Source: Glaucostegus cemiculus
Taxonomy: Eukaryota
Assembly: GCA_976551045.1 (NCBI GenBank)
Contig: CDPCPM010000241.1
Span: 5,146,001 to 5,210,000 of the forward strand
Length of the DNA stretch: 64,000 nucleotides
Reading direction: 5' to 3'
Shown in pieces: positions 1 to 10,600 of the stretch. The notes below the pieces were generated by a model. The model had not been told where the DNA came from. It ran no database searches and saw only the letters and a list, made by a program, of their open reading frames with translations. The position numbers and the translations under genes are program-made. Every line of letters starts with the position of its first letter. Within the stretch, counting starts at the first letter, position 1.

Positions 1-399
1 GGAGTTGATTAAGTGTGGTGCCACTCAACAGGGAATGCAGAGATGTTATTGTGAGCAGTTAAAGTAACTGGAGTGGGTATTCATCCATTTGTGTATTATA
101 TTCATTGCAGGTGGATCACCTAAACTCCCTTGGCTTTTCATTGCTGTACAACCTTGGCATCAGAGGTTGGAGAGGGTCTGTTGGTTTGCAATGAGGAATT
201 TTATTTCACTAATTTCTGTTGGGGATATCCTGTGTGGCCAATGCCTGCCTCCTCTGCTCAGCTGAGATCTGAAGCTGTGAATATGTCCTTGAAAACTTCT
301 CTTTTCTCCTGCTCCTCTTACTCTCACTCTCCGGGTAGCATCGCATCACGCTCAGTTTCCAGATCTCCTGGCTGATCCTCCTCTCACCTGAACTCATGC

Positions 400-600
400 C
401 TGAACCTGAGCCTGCTTGCATGCACTCCACCCCCTCCCCTGACCTTCCTATTCCAGTTTCTGCCATCTTCCTTTCCAGTCCTGATGAAGGGTCTCCACCC
501 GAAACATCAACTGTTTATTTCTCTCCGTAGATGCTGCATGGCCTGCTGAGTTTTGTGTGTGTTGCTCCAGATTCCAGCAGCTGCAGAGTCTGTCTTCAGC
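400..600 (+). mobile_element. Penelope-like element terminal repeat fragment
   Basis: C/T-rich leader, CAGTCCTGATGAAGGG...CCCGAAAC, then GATGCTGC..CCTGCTGAG..TTCCAGCA block that recurs at 5.9, 16.6, 27.4, 45.4, 50.0 and 60.1-60.8 kb. Family assignment is by recognition. Confidence 0.65.
476..513 (+). ncRNA. Minimal type I hammerhead ribozyme motif
   Basis: CAGUC-CUGAUGA-A-GGGU(CUCC)ACCC-GAAAC-AUC|AACUG: core CUGAUGA 481-487, 4-bp stem II, GAAA 501-504, NUH triplet 506-508, stem I CAGU/ACUG. Confidence 0.6.
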
Positions 601-2704
601 TAGCTGCATGTTGCACAGTGAAATCCCTGGATTTGCTTGCTGTGCATTGTAAGGTATCCCTGGATGATGCAGGCAATAATATCTCATCTTGATGTGACCT
701 ACTGCATTTTCCGGCTTATTGCACAGCTGTTATTGCTTCTGTAATCATCACTGCAGACGGAGAGCACACTGATATGTGGCGCCATGGAAATGCAGTGTAG
801 CCCTTGTCCCTCTTGTCAGTACCAAGCACTGAAAGTGTCTGTCAGTGTGGATCCTCATAGGATGAAAGAAACCTGTGTGTCATCCAGAAATATCACATTC
901 ACCATGAAGATACCCCTCTCATTATCTACAATGTCCTGTTTCTGTTCATGAAAATGTCAGGGGTGTTAACAAGAGTCCATATGGGCATGTGTGTACAGTC
1001 AATGACTGCCTGTACAAGTACCTGAAGATGGCATCATTCCTTACTGAAGTTAATGTGGATTAAATCATTTCTTTGTGAATGTAGTTCCTGGGTGACTTGT
1101 CTAATGTAACTGTGAGCAAGAAATTGGGAGATATAGGAAAGATCTTATAAGACCTCTTGGAAAGTTCCTGAAGAAAGAGCAGTTCAGATATAAAACTGTG
1201 GCTTAAGGTCTTCCCACAAATCTCAGTGATGGCAGCTTTGGAAAATCTGAACCTGTGAATTCATTGTTCATTAGAGAGGTCCAGAGTGCTTCTGACAACT
1301 ACCTAGCCCTCTACCGATGGGGTTGTCCTTGTCTCTTGCCCAACTCGTCCTGAACGGCAGGCCTTAGCCATAACCAAATCTCCACTAATTGGATGAGTAT
1401 CTTAGCAGCACTTCCTGTTACTTCCAGCACACTATGGAAACTTTGGAAGATGCTTGAGCAGCCTGTCATCATTTGTGAAGATACCCAATCCAGATTCTTC
1501 ACTTTAGCAGAGAGTTTGATCAAATTGTTTAAATATGATTATCATAAAAATCAAGAAATATGATTAGGGACAAAGCAAGGGGCTCAGTTCAAGGGAGAAC
1601 AATAATGAAAATTTACACTCAGAGGAGTGTATAAATGCTGATAACATGTTGCACAATACAATATATAAATAATTCAAAGAGTAAAGAGGCAAAACATATC
1701 CAAATGCTGAGTCTTGCTTATATTTCACCTTTGTACATGTTCAACTCCAACAGTGATATCTCACTGAGTGGAAGACATCTTAGCATTGCAAAATGATTCA
1801 GTAGGCTATCATAATACTTTGTGTCCCGAGATTCTGTCATATAACGGTCCTTGCTTTGATCACTGCTTGTTGAGCAAATAGTTTAAATTCAACCTGACGC
1901 ACTCAGCAGGAAACCTAACCTTTGGGTGGAAAGTTGCTTCAGCACCCCACTCAACAATATAGTTCTTAGGAGGATAAAATAGGGTAAACTTTAAGGATTG
2001 CGCTCACAATCTGCATTGGGGTTTAAATTAAAATTATTTCAATTGCTTCAGTATGGAAAGACTTACTAAAAGAATAAGACATAGTGGCACAGTTTAACTC
2101 TTATCATCCATAAACCATCAGCAATCTCTATTGAAAGCAGGAGATCATCAAGAAATTCGGGTGTCAAATTAATCTTTGGAGAATTATAGGGAATGGGATA
2201 CTTAAATCAATTTGGTCACTGTTCATTGTTGTATTAATATATAATTGCTGCACTTAAAAATATCTCAGCAAGTATTCTAAGTTTTTAGTTGTGCAGTGGT
2301 ACTTTATTAAAATTATAACATGTGGCTTGTACTCTAGTTTCAAGTTGTTGAAGCCCCAGTAAGTTTCCTTGAAAGCTCAAATATTTCATCATCTCCTTTG
2401 AACAGCCAGTGCAAGATATCTAGATCAATTAATTCATCTCCTTGGACTGAAGTTTGTTCCAGTACATTTGTTCAATTTCAGCTGTTAAATATCAAGTCAA
2501 GTAATAACTTGTCTAAACTGCTTGTCAACGAAGCTAAAGAATTTTGCATGACATCTTGTGAGTTTATAGAACTTTTACAAGAATTTTCAAGTATCATTGT
2601 AATGTTAAAATATAAACATGTAACGTAAATGTCCAGAACCTGAATTTGCTTACGACTTACTTTCTACAAAAGCTTACTAAGTCTGTATACAAAAAATAGA
2701 CAGC

Positions 2705-2975
2705 GTCTATCCCACCGTTATAAATATTGAACAATTCTCTAGTATGATAAGATGGACTCTTGACCTCACAATCTACCTCGTTATGACCTTGCACTTTATT
2801 AGCTACCTGCACTGCACTTTCTCTGTAACTGTAACACTTTATTCTGCATTCTGTATTGTTTTCCCTTGTACTTCCTCAATGCACTGTTGTAATGAATTGA
2901 TCTGTGTGAACGGTATGCAAGACAAGTTTTTCACTGTACCTCAGTATGTGTGACAATAATAAACCAATTTACCAA
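2705..2975 (+). mobile_element. Rex1/Babar LINE 3' end
   Basis: Colinear with the 3'UTR that follows the Rex1-type ORF at 19590-20068/21079-21262 (CCTTGCACTTTA..TTATTCTGCATTCTG..TTTTCACTGTA..AATAA..AACCAATT). Confidence 0.7.
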
Positions 2976-3959
2976 TCTAGTTCAACATTTCCCAGCTGTG
3001 TACAACTTTCAACTCTAGGAATTGATCAGACTGATCAGGAATGGAATTTCCACTGCACTGTTCAGCAGTAATACACAAAACTTCTGGGCCAGCATGAATC
3101 AGCTCAATTGCAATTTTTCAACAAACCTCTAGACATTTACTCCTAATCTATGTAGAAAACTGAGTTCCACAACAAATCATAGTTTAAATCTAACATCCCA
3201 GTACTAAACTGCCAAATAGGGACAGTTTTAGTTCTGCAAATTTCTGTCTTGCCAGTTTTGGGGGTTAATACTTAAAATCTTCATGTACAAACTTGCCACA
3301 GTTTCATAAAGATTTTCAGACTGAGGAATAGAATACTCAGGAATTAATTGGAAAATATACTTCTTTAAAAATTCCTATACTTAAAACAATAATAGGATAA
3401 TGATTCTGCATGCACATTCTTGCCAAATTGTGCATAAAAGTATATTTAGTATTCTGTCTGAGGCAGGACAGCAACAATCTTACATGGTCTGTACCTCTGA
3501 CCTTCTTGTACATTCAATCTCTGCACCATTAATGGCATGTTATTATTACTTCTTTGTGATTGGTGGAAACCCATGTACACTCCAGGGTTGCAAAAAGGAA
3601 TATCTAAAGTTGAACCCTGCTGTTTTATGACTAGTCTTAATAAAAAGAAACAAAGGTGAAATTTGATTTAGTGTCTTATCCAGTGTATAGTAGAAAGCCA
3701 CAGGAGTCTAAAGGCACAGTAATATGGACTATGAGGAAAGCATAAATATTAGTAATAGTTTGCATTTCAATTTCTTCTAAAGTACTGGCATTGCCAGACC
3801 ATGATTTTCTAGCTCTCAGATTTCATTAAGATTGCTGAAGCTCATTATTATCAAACAAGATTTGAATAGAAACAACCTAGAAACTGGGATTATACTTTTG
3901 GTTAAAGTGTTAAAAGTTTTCTTATGAACTGAAATGATATTTTCAGCTTCACTTGACCA

Positions 3960-5045
3960 CACCTGAAGGCTGAGGTCCTACAGAAAAGCCATGAAATGTA
4001 CATCAGATGATGGATAGAAAAAGCACAAAAGGTGAGGCAACCCACAGACGACATGACATGCATAGGTTATTCTGTCCGGGCTGGCAACTGCACAAACACC
4101 CTTGGCTTCACCCTCCTAAGAGCCAAGAAAGGAGGTGAACTTGTCAAGGTTAGAAAAGCAGTCAGTGCCCACTGAAAAGAATACCTTGAAGATCTCCTCA
4201 AACATGACATTGACTCCATCGACACGGAATTGAAAAAGCCATATGCAAACTGAAAATTAACAAAACCTTGGGAGCAGAAGGTATTCCTGCTGATGTTCTA
4301 AAACCTGGCAGATAGGGACTTCAGGTTAAAATTTACCATTCTATCTACCATATTTTGTACAAGGACATGGCAGGGACCTCAGAGATGCTGTCATCAAAAC
4401 TGTCTTCAATAAAAAAGACAAATCATAATGCAGTAACTACAGATGTGTCTCCCTGCCGCCATGAAAAAATTCAACACAGGGATTGTCCTCAATCATCTCT
4501 TCCCAGTGGCTGAAATGTTGTTACCTAAATTGCAGTGTGGATTCCAGCCTTTTAGAGGCCCAAAGGAAATGACTTTCACTGCCAGTTCGTTCCAAGAGAA
4601 ATGCAGAGATCACGATCAACCACTATATATGGCTTTTTTTTAAATCTCGCAATAGGCCTTGGCTCCATCATTTGAGGGGGACAATGGAGCACCCTTCTCA
4701 AATTTGGCTGCCTGCAGAAATTCTTCTCCATTTCACATCAACTGCATGATTGCATGCAAATAGTGATCTTAACTACAATAGACCCAGTCTCAGTCCAGAC
4801 TGTGGTCATGCAGACTGAGTTAATACCCCAACATATTTCTTGATTTTTCTTTCTAAAAGCTGCTCCTCACCACCAACAAGCTTCCTGCTGGAAAGGAGAT
4901 AATTTACAGCACAAATAGGCAACTGTGCAGACTATGTCGCCTCCATTCAACTCCAGCTTTAGCCAGTAAGCTGTAGTATGCAAAAGAAGGCTGTGTATGC
5001 GCACATTTGGAGGCCCAGCTCTGTCATCACCAAATTGTTCAATGA
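3960..5045 (+). mobile_element. Decayed RTE-clade LINE reverse transcriptase fragment
   Basis: GAEGIPADVLK, LLPKLQCGFQPFRG, FQEKCRDHDQPLYMAFF and KFGC motifs with frameshifts. Confidence 0.8.
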
Positions 5046-5049
5046 CCTA

Positions 5050-5875
5050 TGAAGGCAAGCAAGCCAAATGCCTTTTGCACCCTCCTATCTATCTGCATTG
5101 CCACTTTCACAGAACTATGGACTTAAACCCTAAAGCCCCCCTATTCATCAACATTCCTTAGTGCCCTACCAGTTACTATATAAGTCCTACCCCTATTTGA
5201 CTTCCCAAAAGGCATCAGCTCACACTTGCCAGGATTAAGTTCCACCTGCCAATGCTCCACCAAATTTTCCATCCATAGCCTTCGACAACCTTCTTCGCTA
5301 TCTGCAATACCAACAACTTTCATGTTATCTGCACACTTGCTCATCATATCTCCTACATTCACATCCAAAACATTGAGCTATATCACAAACAACAAGGGCG
5401 CCAGCATCAATCCCTATGGTACACCACTAGTCACAGACTTCCAATCAGTAAAACATTCTTCCACAACTACCCTCTGCCTCCTACCACCAAGCCAAGCTTG
5501 GATCCAATTAGCCAGCTTGCTTTGGATCCCATATGCTTCTGGACCAGCCTACCATATGGGACCTTGTCAATGCTTTGCTAAAGTCCATATTGACAGTGTC
5601 TACAGCTCTGCCTTCATCAGTTGTCTCAGTTGCTGTGTCAATCAAATCAGTGAGGCAGGATTTCCCCTGCACAAAACCACACAGACTATCCGCGATCAGC
5701 CCCTGCTTTTCCAAATGTACATAAATCCTATCGCTTAGAATTTTCTCCAGTAATTTCCTGACTACTGACATGAGGCTCACCAGCCTGTCATTACCTTGCT
5801 TTTTTCCTGCTGCCCTTCTTAAATAAAGGAAGAACATTAGCTGTCCTCCATTCTTCTGGCATTTCACCTGCCATC
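5050..5875 (-). mobile_element. CR1 LINE reverse transcriptase fragment
   Basis: ORFs 5508-5882 (RLVSLMSVVRKLLEKIL..GFVQGKSCLTDLI..DFSKA) and 5141-5368 (SKCADNMK..WQVELNPGKC). Confidence 0.9.
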
Positions 5876-5936
5876 TTGTCAACTGATGGCATAACTACCA
5901 ACAGTGGAATGATTATAATCAGGAATGAAAGTGAAC

Positions 5937-6165
5937 ATGCTGGAAGTACTCAGCAGGTTAATCAGCATCTGTGGAGAGTGGAAGAAAAATAACGCTTTAG
6001 GCTGAGGAATTTTCATCAGAACTATTTCATCAGAATTCTGATGATGTCAACAACTTGAACATCAACTCCATTTCTCTCTCTACAGATGCTGCTTAAACTG
6101 TTGAGCATTTCCAGCATTTTCTGTTTTAATTCAGATCCTCAGCATTTGCAGTATTTTGCTTTTGG
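5937..6165. repeat. Inverted pair of Penelope-like terminal repeats
   Basis: Left arm ATGCTGGAAGTACTCAGCAGG..CAGCATCTGTGGAGAG (from 5937) is complementary to the right arm ending CCAGCAT at 6117; central perfect palindrome TCATCAGAATTCTGATGA 6027-6044. Confidence 0.75.
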
Positions 6166-6169
6166 TTGT

Positions 6170-6500
6170 TGCTAGAGATGGTTTAGGGATCAGAAGTGCA
6201 CAGATATTGGAGAGTTGTGCCTGGAGGAAAATACAGAAATGGGATGGGACCAGACCAAAGTGGGAAATGAAAACAAGAATAAGAATTTTAAGATCAAGGC
6301 TTTCCTTCAACATGAGCCAATATAGGTCAGCCAACATGGGAGTGTTATGCGAATAAGACCCTAGGCAATCTAAGACATAGGATAACTTGGAGACATATAT
6401 GGTGGGCCACCAGCCAGGAGTGAGTTGGAATTGTCAGGTCTAGAAATAACAAAAGTGTGGATGAGTTTCAGAAGCAGGTGGGAGGGAACAATGTGAATTT
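6170..6500 (-). mobile_element. L2-clade LINE fragment
   Basis: KLIHTFVISRPDNSNSLLAG matches the L2 motif LIHAFVTSRLDYCNSLLAG. Confidence 0.7.
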
Positions 6501-6954
6501 GAGACAGAGAATGAGGCATCATCGGCATGGTTAATGAGAAGGAGAGAGACTGGGGAGAAACTCGACTTTGGACACTAAATTTAAACAAGTGGATGTATGT
6601 CATTTGCCAATTCAGTACAATAAAATCAAACCTTCAGAAATGAGCACAATCAGAAGCTGATACTCTGGCATACATTTAGTGCTGGCCACCGGAGATGAAT
6701 TTCTCATCCATTGAGAGAGCATGACGATATCAGGAGGGTGAAAAAGCATTGTCACGTTTTCAAAAAAGATAATGACACATACGTCATCCGCAGATTTTTG
6801 TCATAGGATTCAGGATTCCTATCTAAGAATGTTATTGTTGGTGAGAGTACAGCTTAGCCTGGGTATTCGAATAGTTATCCAGTCACTACGTGGAGCAAAG
6901 TAAATGGGGCAGTTTGCTAAGTGAAAAAGCAGGTAGGCAAAAAAGTTGATCATT

Positions 6955-7685
6955 AGAAAATATCTTTATTAGTAACACGTACATTGAAACTGAAGAGGCT
7001 GGACAAACTTGGGCTCTTTTCTCTGGAACGGCGAAAGCTGAGGGGTGATCTATTGATAGTGTACCAAATTATAAGGGGCACAGATAGGGTGGACAAGCAA
7101 TATCTTTTTCCCATCATTAAGCGTCCAATACCAGAGGGCATGCACTTAAGGTGACAGAGGGTAGGTTCAGACAGACGTGAGGGGTACATTTTTTACTGAG
7201 AGAGTGGTGGATGCCTGGAATACGTTGCCTGATAGGGTGGTGGAGGCAAACTCATTGGGGGCTTTTAAGAGGGGCACGGATGGGCACATGAATGAGAGGA
7301 AAATAAAGGGATATGGGCATTCTGTCGGTAGGAGGGAATATCAAGGTCAGCACAACATTGTGGGCTGAAGGGCCTGTTCTATGCTGTACTGTTCTATGTT
7401 CTATATTCTATGTTCTATGAAACACACAGTGAAGTACATCGTTTTGCATAGCTTGTTCTGGGGGCAGCCTGCAAGTGTCGCCACGCTTCTGTAGCCAACA
7501 TAGCATGCCCACAACTTCCTAACCCATCCATCTTTGGAATGTGGTAGGAAACCGGAGCACCCAGAGGAAACCCACACAGTTACGGGGAGAACGTACAAAC
7601 TCCTTACAGACAGTGGCTAGAATTGAACCCAAGTTGCTGGCACTGTAATAGCATTATGCCATCTGCTACACTACAGTGCCTACAC
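6955..7685 (-). mobile_element. tRNA-derived V-SINE, tail split by a CR1 insertion
   Basis: Minus strand has A/B boxes (GTAGTGTAGC, GGTTCAATTC) and the V core GTGGGTTTCCTCTGGGTGCTCCGGTTTCC; the tail resumes at 6990-6955 ending in AATAAA. Confidence 0.8.
6991..7419 (+). mobile_element. 5'-truncated CR1 LINE 3' end with 6-bp target site duplication
   Basis: LGLFSLERRKLRGDL..FFTERVVDAWNTLP, (TTCTATG)n tail; TGAAAC at both 6985-6990 and 7418-7423. Confidence 0.9.
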
Positions 7686-10244
7686 CTGTTCACAAGAAAA
7701 GGGAAGCTCTTGAGTATGTAGGAGATCAGGAGCTAGACATTCATTCAGACAACTCCAAAGAAAGAGTGCTGTGAATTGAAACATCAGGTTAACATTATGT
7801 AAACAATTTGGCACACATTTCTGGGTGACTTATTGACTCATGGAACAGCCAACTTCTAATAACACAATTCCCCTAACACCATGATTTTTCAAGGGCCAGT
7901 ACTCAAACTACATTCTTTGTCCACACTGAGATCAGCAACCTCCACAACTTCAAATACAACCTCTCACATCTGTCCATAGAGATGATGATTACTTGCAGCT
8001 CCCTGGCTTCAATGTCATTCAAGCTGCCGCTCACCTCTGTCACATCTCAGTTTCTAGCTCATTACTGCATTTGGGTTTGAAAATCCATTATCAAAGAGAA
8101 AAGGTTTCATTTACTTTTCCTTCAGGCCACGGGAACAGAATGGGCGTTTCCCCAAAGTTCAGGAATTCAGAAACTGCACTTGTGTCCTCCTGACAATTTC
8201 ACCTCAGGAGCCCCAGGCTATGACGCTGGAGGGTTTCTGTGGCTCCCTTGTACAAAGGATACACTTCCGATGGCCACTGTCCTTCAACAGCCTGTCCAGG
8301 CTCCTCCTATCATCTGGTTGCACCTCCGTCTTCTTCCCATCACTGCAGCATCCATTCATTTTTGGCAATACTTCCCCATAGTTAGGAAACCATTGCCAGA
8401 AATGTCATATAGCCTTTTTATAACTGAATACAAACCTTGCACCTGCTGTTGAATTGTAACAGCTGCAGGAATGTGCAACACATCAACAGGAATGTGGTCA
8501 CTTTTATTATGGCATGATAAGGCAAACCTGACCACTGCTCTCTAAACCACACAATTGAAATTCTCAATCTTTATGTGGCTTTCACTGACAGCATTAGGGT
8601 GACTCACAATGCTTTAATGACAAGAAAAAAGTGCAAAGCAATTTCAAAACTGAGATGCTTTACTTGGATGAACTGTTCAGCAAAACAGGTGCTCAGCCTC
8701 CCTGGACTCTGGTCTGGATTTGAACACAAAATGGTAAAATATGGATACAGAATCAATTTTGCCATTTTGGTTAGAATGATGCAAAAGGGGGCTGAAGGTG
8801 CTGAGGGTAATTGCAACTAATCCTTAATGCGTTCTCATGCCTGCGGTATAGTTGATCTGAGATCAGGGTCCCCAGCCTCAGATAAGAACAGGCATCCGCT
8901 ACAGTCAAAGATCTCTTCCTCATAATATTACCAGCAGTGCTACACCATCTCCTCTCATAAATTGGGCATAGGGCCAAACCTGTCAGCCATAATATGGGGC
9001 AAATCAATGGGGTGGCTCAATAGTTTAATTATACTTCCAGTGGTATACTGGTGTCCCTGTCCTGGCCTTGCCTTTCTTTGCCAAGTTTCAGCATCAGCTT
9101 AAATTGTATATTACTGCCCAGCAACAACTTTTCATTCTCTTGAGCCATTAGTATCCTTGCAATTCCAGTCTAATTTCTGTGGCTGTTCAATAGCCGCGTC
9201 ACTGTTACCGGTATTTCTTGAGAAACAGAAGGTCTATGAAAGTGAGCCTTAGTGGCTAATCAGTCCTATGTCTCATGGTGAACCCTAAAGGGCTTTACTC
9301 TTTCTATTACACACCCTGCCCACCCACCAAGACAGATGTATCTGTTCTCATTCCACTCTTTAGAATTTGAATACATCTTGTCACGTGCAACTGACATCTA
9401 CACTGGGATCCTAGGCATTAGCTGAAAAGAGTTTCCTTATCAATTCATGGAAAACCTCCTCAACCTCACGCAGGTGAATAGCTGTTTAAGTGGTGGAAGG
9501 AGCACACCACGCCTCAGCCGCCTGCTGCCCTTTCTGTGGGAGTGTCTATTGTTCTCATTTTGTCCTTATTAGTTACCTCAAAACCCACAAGACCAGTGTG
9601 GAAGCAAGTTAAGTTCAATTCTAAGGGACTGCCTAAGGAGAGGAAGAGGACTGATCAATTATTCCTTTATTCACCATTAAAGAACAAATGTTTTAAAAAT
9701 TGGGAAGCTTATTTCAAAACTTGCCCGAAAATATTCTTGAAAGCTCATTAAAAAGAAATAATTATTTCCAAATTATCATCACAATATTAACGAATGAGGC
9801 CTCTGGAGCAGTCAAATCATTGGGATTTACAGTATAAACACTGAGACTGACCCCTCCTATGGTTTATGCCCTAAAGACTGAACTATGTGTGTACATTGCA
9901 CACTTCTTCTCCTGAAAATAAAGTGAAATGGAAAGTCACATCATAATTTGTGTGGAACTTCTATGAAGAAAGATATTTGGAAAGGAGTAATTGGATTTTT
10001 GAAATATCATTAATTAATACGGCATTTAGCGATCTTCTGAGTGAATCATTGGTATAATTGATGGTCAAACAATGTATACAATAGTTAGGGAAGGAATAAC
10101 AAATAGAAGGTTCAAACAAATATTAACCATAGTTGATTTTTAACTGCACTCACACATAAAAACCTTAGTTTTCCAATATTATGATTTTGCCAAATATCAT
10201 GCTTTCACATTTTTAAGGTAAACCACTGCCCAAGAAAAAGCTTT

Positions 10245-10600
10245 TTTCATCCCAAAATACTTCAAAATCAACGTTGTTTCTTTGGTGTGTTCATTAAGAT
10301 TTTGTGGGCAAACCCAGCAGCCAATCTGCCCACATCAAGAACTCACAAAAAGCAAGATAAATACCTAATAAATGCAGGAAACCTGGCTTCCTTTCCTTCA
10401 AGTAATAGCAAAAGATATTTTACATGCATGTAGATAGAAAAACATAGCTTCAACTTAGCATTTCATGTAAAAGACAGCTTTCTCTTCATCCAAAGCCCAT
10501 ACATTATTCTACTTAGGTCCCTGTCTAGATTATGTCCTTAAGTCCCTTGAATAAGCTTGAACCTATAACCTTCTGATTTGGAAGAAAGAGCACCACAGCT
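10245..10600 (-). mobile_element. Deu-domain SINE (SacSINE1-like), decayed
   Basis: tRNA-like head with B box on minus strand (GGTTCAAGC, 10555-10563); body colinear with the copy at 15115-15470. Confidence 0.6.

Larger units (their letters stand above)
240..1100 (-). mobile_element. Decayed PIF/Harbinger (HARBI1-like) transposase, interrupted at ~400-600
   Basis: Minus-strand translation with frameshifts gives, in the correct order, VQAVIDCTHMPI (980-1015), FMNRN, RDKGYTAFPW (~783-811), IKMRYYCL (~672-693) and an acidic tail; these match the IDCTH / NRKG / GDKGY / LKMRFRCL motifs. Confidence 0.75.

Noticed and set aside
7655-7672. CTCF-like GTAGCAGATGGCA (minus)
   Set aside because: Mutated SINE A-box region, poor 5' half.
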